From a virus (lineage: Duplodnaviria > Caudoviricetes): 53,108 nt of DNA. Within the stretch, counting starts at the first letter, position 1; each line of letters starts with the position of its first letter. Made by a program: the position numbers and the translations under genes. The notes under the pieces were generated by a model that was given only the letters and a program-made list of their open reading frames with translations, made no database searches and was not told where the DNA came from. The stretch is taken from IMG/VR virus record IMGVR_UViG_3300031975_000697, positions 1-53,108 of that record. One strand, 5' to 3'. Below are positions 29,674 to 38,724 of this stretch, in pieces.

Positions 29674-29809
29674 CCGACTCCGTGAGAGTTTGCATCTGCC
29701 CGTTGATCTCGACAGACTCCTCGTACTTCCAGTAGATGGACTTGTCAGTCGGCCCGGTGTAGATCAGGTTCCACTCCGCGTCGTACAGCAGCAGCTTCCC
29801 CGGCTTCAT
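29654..29809 (-). CDS. hypothetical protein (51 aa, MKPGKLLLYDAEWNLIY...)
   Basis: translated by hand; ATGA overlap with upstream gene. Confidence 0.55.
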   Translation of the reverse strand: MKPGKLLLYDAEWNLIYTGPTDKSIYWKYEESVEINGQMQTLTESGEIRVR

Positions 29810-30006
29810 CGGCGCCGCCAGGAGCCGACGTCGTTCACCTTTGTCGACGTGAGCTCGTGCTCGAACATCTTCCTAAGATCCAAGAAGAGAGCCCGAGCAT
29901 CCTCCTCGGCCACTGCCACATAGTGGAACCCGTCTTCGTCTGTCTGCGTGGCGTACGGCTCCAGAACTCGGAGCGTTACTGTCTTGGTTGCTGTTGCTGT
30001 GCTCAT
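29806..30006 (-). CDS. hypothetical protein
   Basis: MSTATATKTV...; ATGA overlap. Confidence 0.65.
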   Translation of the reverse strand: MSTATATKTVTLRVLEPYATQTDEDGFHYVAVAEEDARALFLDLRKMFEHELTSTKVNDVGSWRRR

Positions 30007-30320
30007 CGGATCACCCGCAGGTACAGTGGGAAACCGTCTTCGGTCTCTCCTGCCTGTCTCCATTCGGAAGTCTTCTTGGCGCCGGCCTCTTCCGAGACTT
30101 CGTCGAACGCCTTCGCGTAGTCCTCGACACCGGCGTCGTACGGGAGAACTCTCTTCGAGGCCCCGCAGTACACGGTGACGGTCCCCCCAGTCGGCCTGGC
30201 CTCCACAGGCCCCGACAGCGGAGCTCCGAGGGGCAGTCTGACCTTCTTGGGCTTGTTCCGGAGCTGGTTCCACCAGCGCCTCACGAGCTCCGAGAGTAGG
30301 TCGAAGATGATGTAGATCAT
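30003..30320 (-). CDS. hypothetical protein
   Basis: 105 aa; 4-bp overlaps. Confidence 0.65.
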   Translation of the reverse strand: MIYIIFDLLSELVRRWWNQLRNKPKKVRLPLGAPLSGPVEARPTGGTVTVYCGASKRVLPYDAGVEDYAKAFDEVSEEAGAKKTSEWRQAGETEDGFPLYLRVIR

Positions 30321-30568
30321 GGTTTCCTCAGTCCTAGATGTGTTGATATGCGCCGCTTGAGCTTTGGCGGCTCCGGATCGGGCTCCAACAGGAATGCGCG
30401 GATGCGCAGCTCGTAGTCGGCCCGCTGCCTGCCAAGCACCCCTACGGGGTAGGTATTCTGTTCTATCCGAGGTTCCTCCAGGACTCCGAACTTCCTCCCG
30501 TGTAAGTGAAGCACCGGCCTGCCGAGGTCGTCCGCAACGATCTTCAGGTAGACGTCGCCGGCACTCAC
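30317..30568 (-). CDS. hypothetical protein
   Basis: GTG start with GTGA overlap. Confidence 0.65.
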   Translation of the reverse strand: MSAGDVYLKIVADDLGRPVLHLHGRKFGVLEEPRIEQNTYPVGVLGRQRADYELRIRAFLLEPDPEPPKLKRRISTHLGLRKP

Positions 30569-30753
30569 CAGAGCTTCTCCCCGGTCAGCGGCCCACAAGG
30601 CACGCCCTTCTCGTCGTGGTAGGACGGTCGAGGGCAAAGGTACCCTCCAACCGGAGCGGTACACGGGTACCGGGTGCCTGCTGCGTCGAACTCGTGATCG
30701 ACTTCGTCGTGGTCACACGTGTCGATTCCACACTTGCACAATGCGATGCTCAT
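30565..30753 (-). CDS. small Cys/His-rich hypothetical protein
   Basis: MSIALCKCGIDTCDH...; ATGA overlap. Confidence 0.6.
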   Translation of the reverse strand: MSIALCKCGIDTCDHDEVDHEFDAAGTRYPCTAPVGGYLCPRPSYHDEKGVPCGPLTGEKLW

Positions 30754-31124
30754 CGTTGGTCCAACAACTTGTCGAGTTCCTTTACGAGCGTTCCGTTCTC
30801 CATCTCCAACTCCGCGATGCGACACTCCTGCTCGTCTCGGTCAAGGTCCAGCCTGTCGGCCTCGTCGTACGCCTCGTTGCACCTCCGGACGATGTCCGGT
30901 AGCGATCCGTGGATGGCGGTGATGAACGCAGCATCTTCCTCGGATAGGAAGGACGCCACCAGCGTCCGGGTCTGCTCCTGAGTCTCGGGGTCAACCTTCA
31001 CTGCGTAGACCTTGTGCCGGCTCTGGTTGTTCGCCATCGGCTCGTGCATCCAAAAGGAGTGCTCGGCCTCTGTGGTCTTCGACCAGCCCTGGTACATCAT
31101 GTCCAGGAAGTCGCGTTCGTCCAT
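30750..31124 (-). CDS. conserved hypothetical protein
   Basis: 124 aa; DAAFITAIHG motif and C-terminal coiled coil. Confidence 0.75.
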   Translation of the reverse strand: MDERDFLDMMYQGWSKTTEAEHSFWMHEPMANNQSRHKVYAVKVDPETQEQTRTLVASFLSEEDAAFITAIHGSLPDIVRRCNEAYDEADRLDLDRDEQECRIAELEMENGTLVKELDKLLDQR

Positions 31125-31399
31125 CAGACAACTGCCCCTTCCTTCGGGTACGCCATGATCGTGGCCCGCACAGCTACCAGATCCACTTCCTCAGAGACGG
31201 ATTCCGGTAGCTCCACGAACCGCCACTGGAACGTGCCGTCGAGCCAGCCGGCGACCGTCTCGTTGGTAGTCAGCGCTTGGTACAGCCGCTCCCGGACCAT
31301 CTCGTGCTGCTTTTTTAACGACCTCAGAGAGTTCCAGTGCTTGGTGGGGTACGTGGCGATGACCGCGAACTCCTTTGGCTCCGTTTTGAACAGGCTCAC
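31124..31399 (-). CDS. hypothetical protein
   Basis: coupled ORF. Confidence 0.65.
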   Translation of the reverse strand: MSLFKTEPKEFAVIATYPTKHWNSLRSLKKQHEMVRERLYQALTTNETVAGWLDGTFQWRFVELPESVSEEVDLVAVRATIMAYPKEGAVV

Positions 31400-31677
31400 A
31401 CGTCCTCCCCTTCGTACGGAACGGCCATGAGACTGGCCTCGACGAGAACGAGGTTGTGCTCGAACAAGTTGATGTCGTCGGGATCGTCTTCGGTTCCGAT
31501 GTTGACGTGGCCCTCTGTAGAGATCTCCAATTCCACTCGGGACATGTCCGGCACGCCGCGCTTGCTGGCAGCCTTCTCGACGAGTTCCTTTGTCCTAGTG
31601 ATGAGCTCGTCCGGATTCTTGTCTACCAGTTCCTTGGTGATCAGTAACCTAACCGTCAGCTTCTTCGCCTCGCTCAT
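31396..31677 (-). CDS. hypothetical protein
   Basis: MSEAKKL...; ATGA overlap. Confidence 0.65.
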   Translation of the reverse strand: MSEAKKLTVRLLITKELVDKNPDELITRTKELVEKAASKRGVPDMSRVELEISTEGHVNIGTEDDPDDINLFEHNLVLVEASLMAVPYEGEDV

Positions 31678-31910
31678 CGCAAGAACTCCGGAGGGGTCCA
31701 TCCATCATCGACCAACTGCTGAATGACTCTGGCTCCGTTCATGTTCGGGTGTTGTTGCGGCTTGATGAGGCTGCCGAGCATTCCCACGTACCGCTCCTGT
31801 TGGTACGCCTTCTCCGCGTCAGCCTCCAGATCTGCAATGGCCTCCTCCGCGTCGTATCCCTGCTCCCGGAGGACCCTGGCCGCTGTCTTCAGCTCGTACG
31901 AGGTAGCCAT
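31674..31910 (-). CDS. hypothetical protein
   Basis: MATSYELK...GWTPP; TGATG overlap. Confidence 0.65.
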   Translation of the reverse strand: MATSYELKTAARVLREQGYDAEEAIADLEADAEKAYQQERYVGMLGSLIKPQQHPNMNGARVIQQLVDDGWTPPEFLR

Positions 31911-32095
31911 CAGAGGACCACCCCGAGGAACTTGGCCAGCTCGACACGCTTCTCGGAAAGCTCCCTTCTCCGTTCCATCGCTTGGCTGAGAGCCTCCTCT
32001 TGCCATTCGATGTCGTGACCCAGGTTCTCTATCGCTCTGTCGAGTTCGTAGATCCGTTCAGTCAGAACGTTTCTGACCTCTGTTGTGATGTTCAT
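31910..32095 (-). CDS. small coiled-coil hypothetical protein
   Basis: MNITTEVRNVL...; start overlaps operator. Confidence 0.65.
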   Translation of the reverse strand: MNITTEVRNVLTERIYELDRAIENLGHDIEWQEEALSQAMERRRELSEKRVELAKFLGVVL

Positions 32096-32102
32096 TGTCA
32101 AG
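32090..32102 (-). promoter_or_regulatory. repressor operator/stoperator
   Basis: top strand GTTCATTGTCAAG. Confidence 0.75.
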
Positions 32103-32108
32103 TTTCTC

Positions 32109-33929
32109 TCACTTCAATAGGTATGGGTCGGTGATGCCGCTGGAGTCGCCCTTGACGTAGAGCGAGCCCCACGAGCGCCCTCCGACTTCGGGGTCCGTGC
32201 CGATGATGACCGGCCCCATCTCCTCGACCATCAGCTCTCCGATGCGGTTAGCTCCCCAGTGCGCCTTCTCAGCAGGCACCGAGGCCACGACCTCGTCGTG
32301 GATAGGTAGCCGCAGATACGGCGTGAACCCCGCGTCGTGGAGACGCAGCAGAGCACCGCACGTAACGTCACGTGACGTCGACTGGATCAGGTAGTTCAAC
32401 GCCGAGTAGCCACGGTCTGCATCGACCGGGAGCCGGCGCCCCTTGGGCGTGATGATCGCACCCGAGCCAGCGGCCTCCCGCTGGAGTTTGGCGCTCAGCT
32501 TGGCCACGCCGGGGTAGGTCCGTTCGAACGCGGTCACCACCTGCTTGGCGACGGTGAACGGGATCTTGGCGTTCTTCGACAACGTCCCGGCTCCCCCGCC
32601 GTACACGGTGAGGAAGTTCGTCATCTTCCCGACGTCGCGCACAACACCCGCTGCGTCGGCGGTCATCTGGTGAAGGTCCGAGTTGTTCAGGAACGCCCGG
32701 ACCATCGTCGGATCTCCGGACAGCGCCGCCAGAACACGTAGCTCCTGCGTCTGGTAGTCGATCGAGGCCATCAGTTGGCCCTCGTCCGCTAGGAAGCACC
32801 GGCGAACCATCCAATCGCTCGCAGGGAGCGTCTGAGCGGGTATTCCGGTGATCGACATACGCGAGGTGCGAGCCTGAAGCGGGTTGATACCCGCGTGGCA
32901 TCGGTCCTGAGAGTCACGAGAGTCCAGGAACTTCCGGACCCACGTCTTCTCCCACTTGCCCCACTTCTTCGCCTCCGAGATCGCCTCTGCGAGGTCGTTT
33001 CCCTCTTCCTTGAGCCTGTCCAACAGGTCCTCGTTGACCTGCCGCTTGCCAGAGGGTGTGCGGCCTTTGATCTTCACTCCGGTACGCTCCAGAGCGTCGG
33101 CGCACTGCTCGGTCGAGTTGACGTTCTCCAGCCCGTACAGCACATCGGCTTTGGCCGCGAAGTGGTCTCGCTTCTTGAGCATGTCCTTGGACAGTTGCTC
33201 CGAGTACTCCACGTCGAGCAGGAAGCCCTTGCGCTCCATGTACGAGCAGACTTCCGAGATGCGATGCTCGTACGCGATCAGAGGCTCCGAGACAGCCGGC
33301 ACCAACGGCGCCAGCTTCGACATGAGCCGAGCCGCGAAGATCGGGTCCATGCCCGAGTAGAGCTGGTAGTCGGGGTCCTCGAACGGGATGATCTCCCAGA
33401 TCTTGGCCTTCGTGGTCTTGTGCCGGATGCGGAGCATGTTCATCAGGCCCTTCACGTTCTCGGCCTGTTCCGCGTCCACGTACTTCGCCAGCAGCTCCTC
33501 CAGTTTGTGCCCGGAGCCGCCCTCTTTACGTGCCCGAGGGTCTACTAGATGCGCCAGAATCTTCGTGTCGGTGACCTTCGGCCACATGTCCTCCATCGGC
33601 ACACTGAGCGTCCGCTCGAAGACCTGGAGGTCGAAGGCCGCGTTGTGGAGGATGAACCGCTTCACCTGGCGCAGCGCGTCGATGACAGCGCCCTCGAATA
33701 CCGATCCGTGCTCCACAGGGACTACGTAGGACTCCCGGTGATTACCGAACTGAACTAGGCGACAACGGAAGTCGTCTTGGTAGATGTTCAGCCCGGTAGT
33801 CTCCGAGTCCAGACCGAGGCACCCCAAGTTGCTTTGGATGAAGTCGCGGAAGGCGTCAAGGTCCTCCTCGCGCTCCACGACGTGGATCTCGACAGCATCG
33901 CCCTCTACCGAGTGTCGGTGCTCGATCAT
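32109..33929 (-). CDS. DNA polymerase I (family A, 3'-5' exo plus polymerase)
   Basis: DSETTG ExoI, HNAAFD ExoII, DYQTQELR motif A, KMTNFLTVYG motif B, IHDE motif C. Confidence 0.97.
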   Translation of the reverse strand: MIEHRHSVEGDAVEIHVVEREEDLDAFRDFIQSNLGCLGLDSETTGLNIYQDDFRCRLVQFGNHRESYVVPVEHGSVFEGAVIDALRQVKRFILHNAAFDLQVFERTLSVPMEDMWPKVTDTKILAHLVDPRARKEGGSGHKLEELLAKYVDAEQAENVKGLMNMLRIRHKTTKAKIWEIIPFEDPDYQLYSGMDPIFAARLMSKLAPLVPAVSEPLIAYEHRISEVCSYMERKGFLLDVEYSEQLSKDMLKKRDHFAAKADVLYGLENVNSTEQCADALERTGVKIKGRTPSGKRQVNEDLLDRLKEEGNDLAEAISEAKKWGKWEKTWVRKFLDSRDSQDRCHAGINPLQARTSRMSITGIPAQTLPASDWMVRRCFLADEGQLMASIDYQTQELRVLAALSGDPTMVRAFLNNSDLHQMTADAAGVVRDVGKMTNFLTVYGGGAGTLSKNAKIPFTVAKQVVTAFERTYPGVAKLSAKLQREAAGSGAIITPKGRRLPVDADRGYSALNYLIQSTSRDVTCGALLRLHDAGFTPYLRLPIHDEVVASVPAEKAHWGANRIGELMVEEMGPVIIGTDPEVGGRSWGSLYVKGDSSGITDPYLLK

Positions 33930-33936
33930 TGTTCTC

Positions 33937-34125
33937 CTATCTGCCTAACCGCTGCAACGAGCGCCTGAGCTGCTCGCGCTGGTCTTCGGCAACTTCCTCG
34001 TACGCCAGCCGAGCCCCGTCCAAGACCTGGATCACTTCGGAGTACCTGCCCTCGACCGAGATCAGAAGGTTCACGTTCTCGTCCCTCGGCTCACCTTCTC
34101 CGGTGAGTGCGTAATTGAGCTTCAC
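33937..34125 (-). CDS. hypothetical protein
   Basis: 62 aa ORF in operon. Confidence 0.6.
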   Translation of the reverse strand: MKLNYALTGEGEPRDENVNLLISVEGRYSEVIQVLDGARLAYEEVAEDQREQLRRSLQRLGR

Positions 34126-34289
34126 GAGAAGTCCTCGTATCGGGTTCCGACGATGACAAACTCTCGGTTCTCGACGTCCAACCGGACAGTGCAGTCGCCC
34201 GTGTAGTTGCCGAGTTCTTCGTAAAGCCGATCGACGGTGTCCCCGTCTTCGATCACGATGCGGTGAGCGGCTTCGGGAATGACCTTCAT
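34122..34289 (-). CDS. hypothetical protein (55 aa, MKVIPEAAHRIVIEDG...)
   Basis: translated by hand; 4-bp overlaps both ends. Confidence 0.6.
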   Translation of the reverse strand: MKVIPEAAHRIVIEDGDTVDRLYEELGNYTGDCTVRLDVENREFVIVGTRYEDFS

Positions 34290-34498
34290 CGGTACAACCT
34301 CTCGAACTCGTAGGCTGCGTCTTCGACGTCCTCCAGGAACGTCAACAGCTCCTTCGGGATAAGGCTCTGGACCAGCTCGGTAGCTCCGTACTTCTCCCTG
34401 GCCTTGTCGGTGGCGACGGCCACGCCGACAGCGAGAGCCATCAGGTCCATCACCTCGGCATCGAGAACCTCTTTGAAGGCGCCCTGTACCTCCATCAC
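34286..34498 (-). CDS. hypothetical protein
   Basis: 70 aa; AAGGAGG RBS. Confidence 0.65.
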   Translation of the reverse strand: MMEVQGAFKEVLDAEVMDLMALAVGVAVATDKAREKYGATELVQSLIPKELLTFLEDVEDAAYEFERLYR

Positions 34499-34665
34499 TC
34501 CTCCTTCTCGGAGATGACGAGCTTGCCGTCCTCGATCTCTAGGATCAGCTCGGACTTGCAGCTGTTCGGGAACTCGGCTGCGACGATGTCCTCCAGCTCG
34601 TCGTACGTGTCGTGAAACATCGAATCGAACTCGATCCGGAGAACCTTCTCGGACGATGTGTACAT
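34495..34665 (-). CDS. hypothetical protein (56 aa, MYTSSEKVLRIEFD...)
   Basis: translated by hand; coupled at both ends. Confidence 0.6.
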   Translation of the reverse strand: MYTSSEKVLRIEFDSMFHDTYDELEDIVAAEFPNSCKSELILEIEDGKLVISEKEE

Positions 34666-34952
34666 CAGGCTCCCTTTCGGTGGTAGATGCCCCGGACGAT
34701 GCGGGACACGGTGGCGTTGTGGATGTCGTAGATGTCTGCGATCTCGTGCTGCGTCACGCCCTTTCGATGCATGGCACGGATCGACCTGACCTCTCGGTCG
34801 GTGAGCTTCGGCCTGTTGGACTTGGGCTTCTGCGCCTTCATCACGACCATTCGACCTTCTCGGAAAGCGTTGTTCTCGGCCTCCAGCTCCTCGACGAGTT
34901 TGACTACGTCCGAGAGGATCTCGTGTGCTCTCGATACCGGGTCTTCGATCAT
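34665..34952 (-). CDS. helix-turn-helix DNA-binding protein
   Basis: KLTDREVRSIR...TQHEIADIYDIHNATVSRIVRG. Confidence 0.85.
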   Translation of the reverse strand: MIEDPVSRAHEILSDVVKLVEELEAENNAFREGRMVVMKAQKPKSNRPKLTDREVRSIRAMHRKGVTQHEIADIYDIHNATVSRIVRGIYHRKGA

Positions 34953-35131
34953 CCGGCCTCGCTGATGATGATCTCCAGGACCTCGTTCAGGTTGACGATC
35001 GCGGTGTCCCCGTTGGAGGCGGTGATCTCGAACGTCCGAGACCGGTCGTTGATCCGGTAGTCCAGGTCGGAATTGACCGTGGCAGCGAGGAATCGGCCAT
35101 CCTCGATGTAGCTGATCACTACGAACTTCAT
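34949..35131 (-). CDS. hypothetical protein
   Basis: MKFVVISYIEDG...; ATGA overlap. Confidence 0.6.
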   Translation of the reverse strand: MKFVVISYIEDGRFLAATVNSDLDYRINDRSRTFEITASNGDTAIVNLNEVLEIIISEAG

Positions 35132-35135
35132 CAGG

Positions 35136-35375
35136 TCAGCTCTCGTTGTCCCGCGCGACGGCGGCGTTGCCCCAGAACATCGCCTCTTCGAGCTTCGTGA
35201 TGGCCAGAGACTTCTCACGTCCCACCGGCAAGTGCTGGTCCAGGAACAACGCAGCACGCTCGATCGTGGCGCGAACGCTGGTGTGTTCGTTCCGCTTCTC
35301 TTCGGTCGTTGCCGGGTGGAAGGCGAATCGGTGCGAGATCTCGGACTGCGAGCTCTCGGTTGAGTGGTTGGGCAT
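35136..35375 (-). CDS. Acb2/Tad1-like helical hairpin protein (putative anti-defence nucleotide sponge)
   Basis: 79 aa; GGAGAGG RBS; RFAFH and GREKSLAITKLEEAMFWGNAAVAR signature. Confidence 0.7.
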   Translation of the reverse strand: MPNHSTESSQSEISHRFAFHPATTEEKRNEHTSVRATIERAALFLDQHLPVGREKSLAITKLEEAMFWGNAAVARDNES

Positions 35376-35459
35376 TCTTGTTTCCTCTCCTGAAAGTTGT
35401 TGGGGCGCGGCGGAAGGCATCGGCACCTCCATTAAGCGTTGTGAAGACGCACCGCTCCC

Positions 35460-35472
35460 GTTCGGTGTCAAG
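35460..35472 (-). promoter_or_regulatory. repressor operator/stoperator
   Basis: top strand GTTCGGTGTCAAG. Confidence 0.85.
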
Positions 35473-35474
35473 TG

Positions 35475-36008
35475 TCAGCGCAGGAATTGCGCCTTGCACT
35501 CGTCGTTGCGATCTCCGCTCGCGCAGAAGAATCCCTCGTACGCCTTGCCGGCCTTCGAGGTCCCGGAGCGGTAGTTCATCTTGCCGTGCCGGCAGAAGCG
35601 CTCCTCGCCGTTGGGGGCTTCCTGAGCCGCCTTGGGCGCGGACTGGGACTTACCGCCCCCTCCGCCCTTGCCGCTCTGCGAGCCCTGGCTGGCGAAGTGC
35701 TTGCCGGCCACCTGCGTCCGCTCCATGAGCTTGGCGAGCTTGGCCGCATCGCCGTCTTCGCTGACGGCCTCCAGCGCCTCGTCGAGCGTGTTGGCGTGGT
35801 AGACGATCCACGGAGCGTCGTACCCGGTGCCGCCCTTGAACGTCAGGACCCACTTGCCGTCGCCCTGCGGGACGATGGCCGGCGCCGTGGTGGCCTGCGT
35901 CTTGGTCTCACCTCCCGAGAACGACGACTGCTGCGACTCCTGCGGCGGGGCCTGAGTCTGGGCCTCGTCGTCGGCGGGGGCTGATGCGAAGGGGTCTTCG
36001 ACTGCCAA
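35475..36008 (-). CDS. conserved Cluster A-type hypothetical protein with C-terminal Cys/His cluster
   Basis: AAGGAG RBS before TTG 36008; TFKGG..YDAPWIV and CRHG..FC..C motifs. Confidence 0.75.
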   Translation of the reverse strand: MAVEDPFASAPADDEAQTQAPPQESQQSSFSGGETKTQATTAPAIVPQGDGKWVLTFKGGTGYDAPWIVYHANTLDEALEAVSEDGDAAKLAKLMERTQVAGKHFASQGSQSGKGGGGGKSQSAPKAAQEAPNGEERFCRHGKMNYRSGTSKAGKAYEGFFCASGDRNDECKAQFLR

Positions 36009-36395
36009 AGTGATCTCCTTTGTTATTACTCGTATTCCGAGACGTTGTGCCTCGGACATGCAGTGCCTAGTGCCTCTCGACTCCCCGCATATGAATGCGA
36101 GGCACACGTTGGCTCCTAGTTGCGCCATATCGGCGTTTCTTCTGAACCCGGCAGCCTTTCCATACCGGTTCCAGTTCGCAGGGTGCTTGTCCTGGAGGAC
36201 TCCGTTCCTCTCGCACCACTCCCTAGCGAATCTGTCGGCGCCTTTAGGGCAATCGCCGTGCCTGACAACCAGTTCCAAGCCCGAAGACAGTGCGTGCGCT
36301 GCCAGTAGATCCAGCGCAGACCACACAGGTGCCTTGTCATAGAACAGGCGGGAGCCGGTTATCAGGACTACGAACTGACCTACTTGATCGGACAT
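36009..36395 (-). CDS. SLOG-superfamily (DprA/YspA-like) domain, reading in-frame into the downstream gene
   Basis: [39 protein letters not shown] motifs; no stop before 35475. Confidence 0.7.
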
Positions 36396-38449
36396 GCTCC
36401 GTTGGCGCAGTCTTCGTCTACGCCGTCCGAAACTGACTTGGTTGTCGCAGCTTCGTACTGCTGCTTGGTGATCCGCTCGTACGGCGCCTGTTCGTAGGAC
36501 GCCTCCGGGAAGATCGTGGAGCCCTTGATGAGCCCCGAGAACTTCACGAGCATGTCCGCGACGTCCTTCGCCGTGTACGCCTGCGGGTCGACGTTGGCTG
36601 TGAACGAGACCGCGTTGTCTGCCCAGCACGTCTGGTAGAGCGCCTGGAACGCGAGCATCTCGTTCAGTGTCAAGTCTGCCGCCGACTGGACGATCTCCTC
36701 CGCGTCGGGTCCGTACAGCTCGACGACCTGAGCCACGAGGCTGTCCTGTGTCGGGATCGTGACAACCGTGGTGTTTTCGGCATAGAGGTCAGCTTCGACC
36801 TCGTACCCGTCCATCACATACTCGTTCACTGTGTCCCGCTGTGACTGGTCGAAGTCCGAGAACCGGATGCGGCGGTTGAAGTACTTCGAGAAGATCGGGT
36901 GAATCCCCTCGGATACTCCGGGCATCTTGGAGATGGTGCCTGTAGGCGCCACCGTCCTCTTCTTCACCGGCACCGGGATACGGAGCTGGTGAGCGAACGC
37001 CTCTGCCTCTTTGTCGACGACCTCGGACAGCCAGCGGAGCTTGTCCCGGAACCAGGGCATGTTCGGCCCGTCCGAGTACTTTCGATGGCACAGCGCCAGG
37101 AACGACGCCACGCCGAGGTGGCCTACGCCGATACGGCGGTTGCGATCGAGAACCTCCCGCGACTTCGGATCTCCCACCGGGGAGAACGTCGCACGGATGA
37201 GGAACCGCGTCATCAGCCGGTGAGCTGTCAGTAACCCAAGTTGATCCACCTTCCCGTTGTCGCGGACGAACGCCGCGAGGTTGATGTGCCCGAGGTTGCA
37301 CGGCTCCCACGGTTCGAGGGTGATCTCGCCACAGGGGTTCGTACAGACGACCTCGTTCGGCTCTCCCTGGTTGGACACCGAGAAGTCCCACATTCCCGGC
37401 TCTCCGTTGCGTACAGCGCCCTCTGCGAGGGTGGTGAGCACGTTCCGGGCTAGAGTCCCGGCCTTGGCCGTCGACAGGGGTCCTCCGTTGACCTGCTGCC
37501 AGAACTCGTCATCGACCTCGACCGAGATGTTCGTCGTCCAGTGGTCCCCGGACTCCTTCTTGCAGTTGACGAACTCGGTGATCTGAGGATCGGCCCAGTG
37601 CATCATCGCCATGCGCGCTGAGCGCCTGACGCCACCGGCCACCACACACTGTGCGATGGCGTGGTCGATCTTCATCGCGTCGATGCCAGTTAGGTGCCCT
37701 CTGACGGCGAGGGTATCGGTGCTGTACCAGTGGGTAGCGTCGCTCAAGATCTCGCAGACGTCGATCAGCATCCGAGCCAAGGGAAGAGGGCCAGAGGCCC
37801 GACCTCCGAACGTGCGGAGCTTGGTACCGGCACCGCGCACCCGGGACACGTCGTAGACGCGCCGGAAGTGGCTCACCTCGTCGCGGTAGTGGGTCTGGAT
37901 AAGATCCACCAGAGCAGCCGCCCAGCCTTCACGAGAGTCCTCGATCTGGAAGGCACCGGCCCAGTCCACGTCGTAGCGATCGGACAGGACACCGGCCTCT
38001 TTGAGTTCCTCGTAGTCGGGATGCTCGTCGTCGCAGACGATCTCGACGTACAACTCCTGTTGCACAGGCGGATAGTGTTCCAGGAATCGGTTCGAGTAGT
38101 TCGCGCCGACTCCCCCTCCTTCCATCAGGCGTAGGAACGTGAACTCGAAGTGTTCCCAGGGCTTCTCGGTCCAGCCGCTCACCCAACAGTTGAAGAGGTG
38201 CTGCGCGTTCTTGACGCCGGATGCCCAGAGGTGCCGACCTGCTGGGAGGAGTTTGAACTCCGTCATCAGGTCGATGAGTTGTTCGCGCTCCCCTTCGAGT
38301 TGGTGCCGTGAATCGACCAGAGCCAAATTACCGTCCACGACACGGCGAACCGTTTCGGGCCAAGATTCCTTACTGCCGTCTGGCTTTGTACGAGAGTAGG
38401 TCCGGTTATAGACAAGCTCTCCCGTTGGCCCCCAGTTGATCTCACTCAA
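36380..38449 (-). CDS. nrdJ: class II (adenosylcobalamin-dependent) ribonucleotide reductase
   Basis: TTG start after AAGGAGG; PAGR, GGVRRSA, TNPCGE, CNLG, APTGT, C-terminal CANGACPIK. Confidence 0.93.
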   Translation of the reverse strand: MSEINWGPTGELVYNRTYSRTKPDGSKESWPETVRRVVDGNLALVDSRHQLEGEREQLIDLMTEFKLLPAGRHLWASGVKNAQHLFNCWVSGWTEKPWEHFEFTFLRLMEGGGVGANYSNRFLEHYPPVQQELYVEIVCDDEHPDYEELKEAGVLSDRYDVDWAGAFQIEDSREGWAAALVDLIQTHYRDEVSHFRRVYDVSRVRGAGTKLRTFGGRASGPLPLARMLIDVCEILSDATHWYSTDTLAVRGHLTGIDAMKIDHAIAQCVVAGGVRRSARMAMMHWADPQITEFVNCKKESGDHWTTNISVEVDDEFWQQVNGGPLSTAKAGTLARNVLTTLAEGAVRNGEPGMWDFSVSNQGEPNEVVCTNPCGEITLEPWEPCNLGHINLAAFVRDNGKVDQLGLLTAHRLMTRFLIRATFSPVGDPKSREVLDRNRRIGVGHLGVASFLALCHRKYSDGPNMPWFRDKLRWLSEVVDKEAEAFAHQLRIPVPVKKRTVAPTGTISKMPGVSEGIHPIFSKYFNRRIRFSDFDQSQRDTVNEYVMDGYEVEADLYAENTTVVTIPTQDSLVAQVVELYGPDAEEIVQSAADLTLNEMLAFQALYQTCWADNAVSFTANVDPQAYTAKDVADMLVKFSGLIKGSTIFPEASYEQAPYERITKQQYEAATTKSVSDGVDEDCANGACPIK
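36662..36674 (-). promoter_or_regulatory. intragenic stoperator (in RNR)
   Basis: top strand GTTCAGTGTCAAG. Confidence 0.65.
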
Positions 38450-38724
38450 GCTGCCTCCTTCAGGTACGCCGCCTTGGCGTATTCGCCTCCGCAGTACATG
38501 ATCTGGTCCTGCTCGTCCCAATTCTCGACCCGCATCGGCTTCTCGTGAGGGAACAGATCCGGTGCGACCTGCGCCCGGTACATCTCAGACCGAGCAGCTC
38601 CGTTGAAGCCTCCGTCGAAGATGTTGTCGAGCGGGCCCCCGTCGCCGCCGTCAGCGGAGTCCCAGGTCTTGCTCTCGTAGAGATGCTGCTGGATCTCCAG
38701 CTCGTCTAAGTGATCGTCGATCAC
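38446..38724 (-). CDS. conserved hypothetical protein
   Basis: 92 aa; NIFDG.FNG..RSEMYRA..PDLFP. Confidence 0.7.
   Translation of the reverse strand: MIDDHLDELEIQQHLYESKTWDSADGGDGGPLDNIFDGGFNGAARSEMYRAQVAPDLFPHEKPMRVENWDEQDQIMYCGGEYAKAAYLKEAA

Noticed and set aside
36396-36629. Extra N-terminus of the 384-aa ORF
   Set aside because: Lies in an alternative frame inside the RNR gene; recognisable sequence starts near 36395.
36380-38449. Intein or intron in RNR (also considered for polymerase and terminase)
   Set aside because: Lengths and motif spacing look ordinary; no intein or homing-endonuclease motifs seen.
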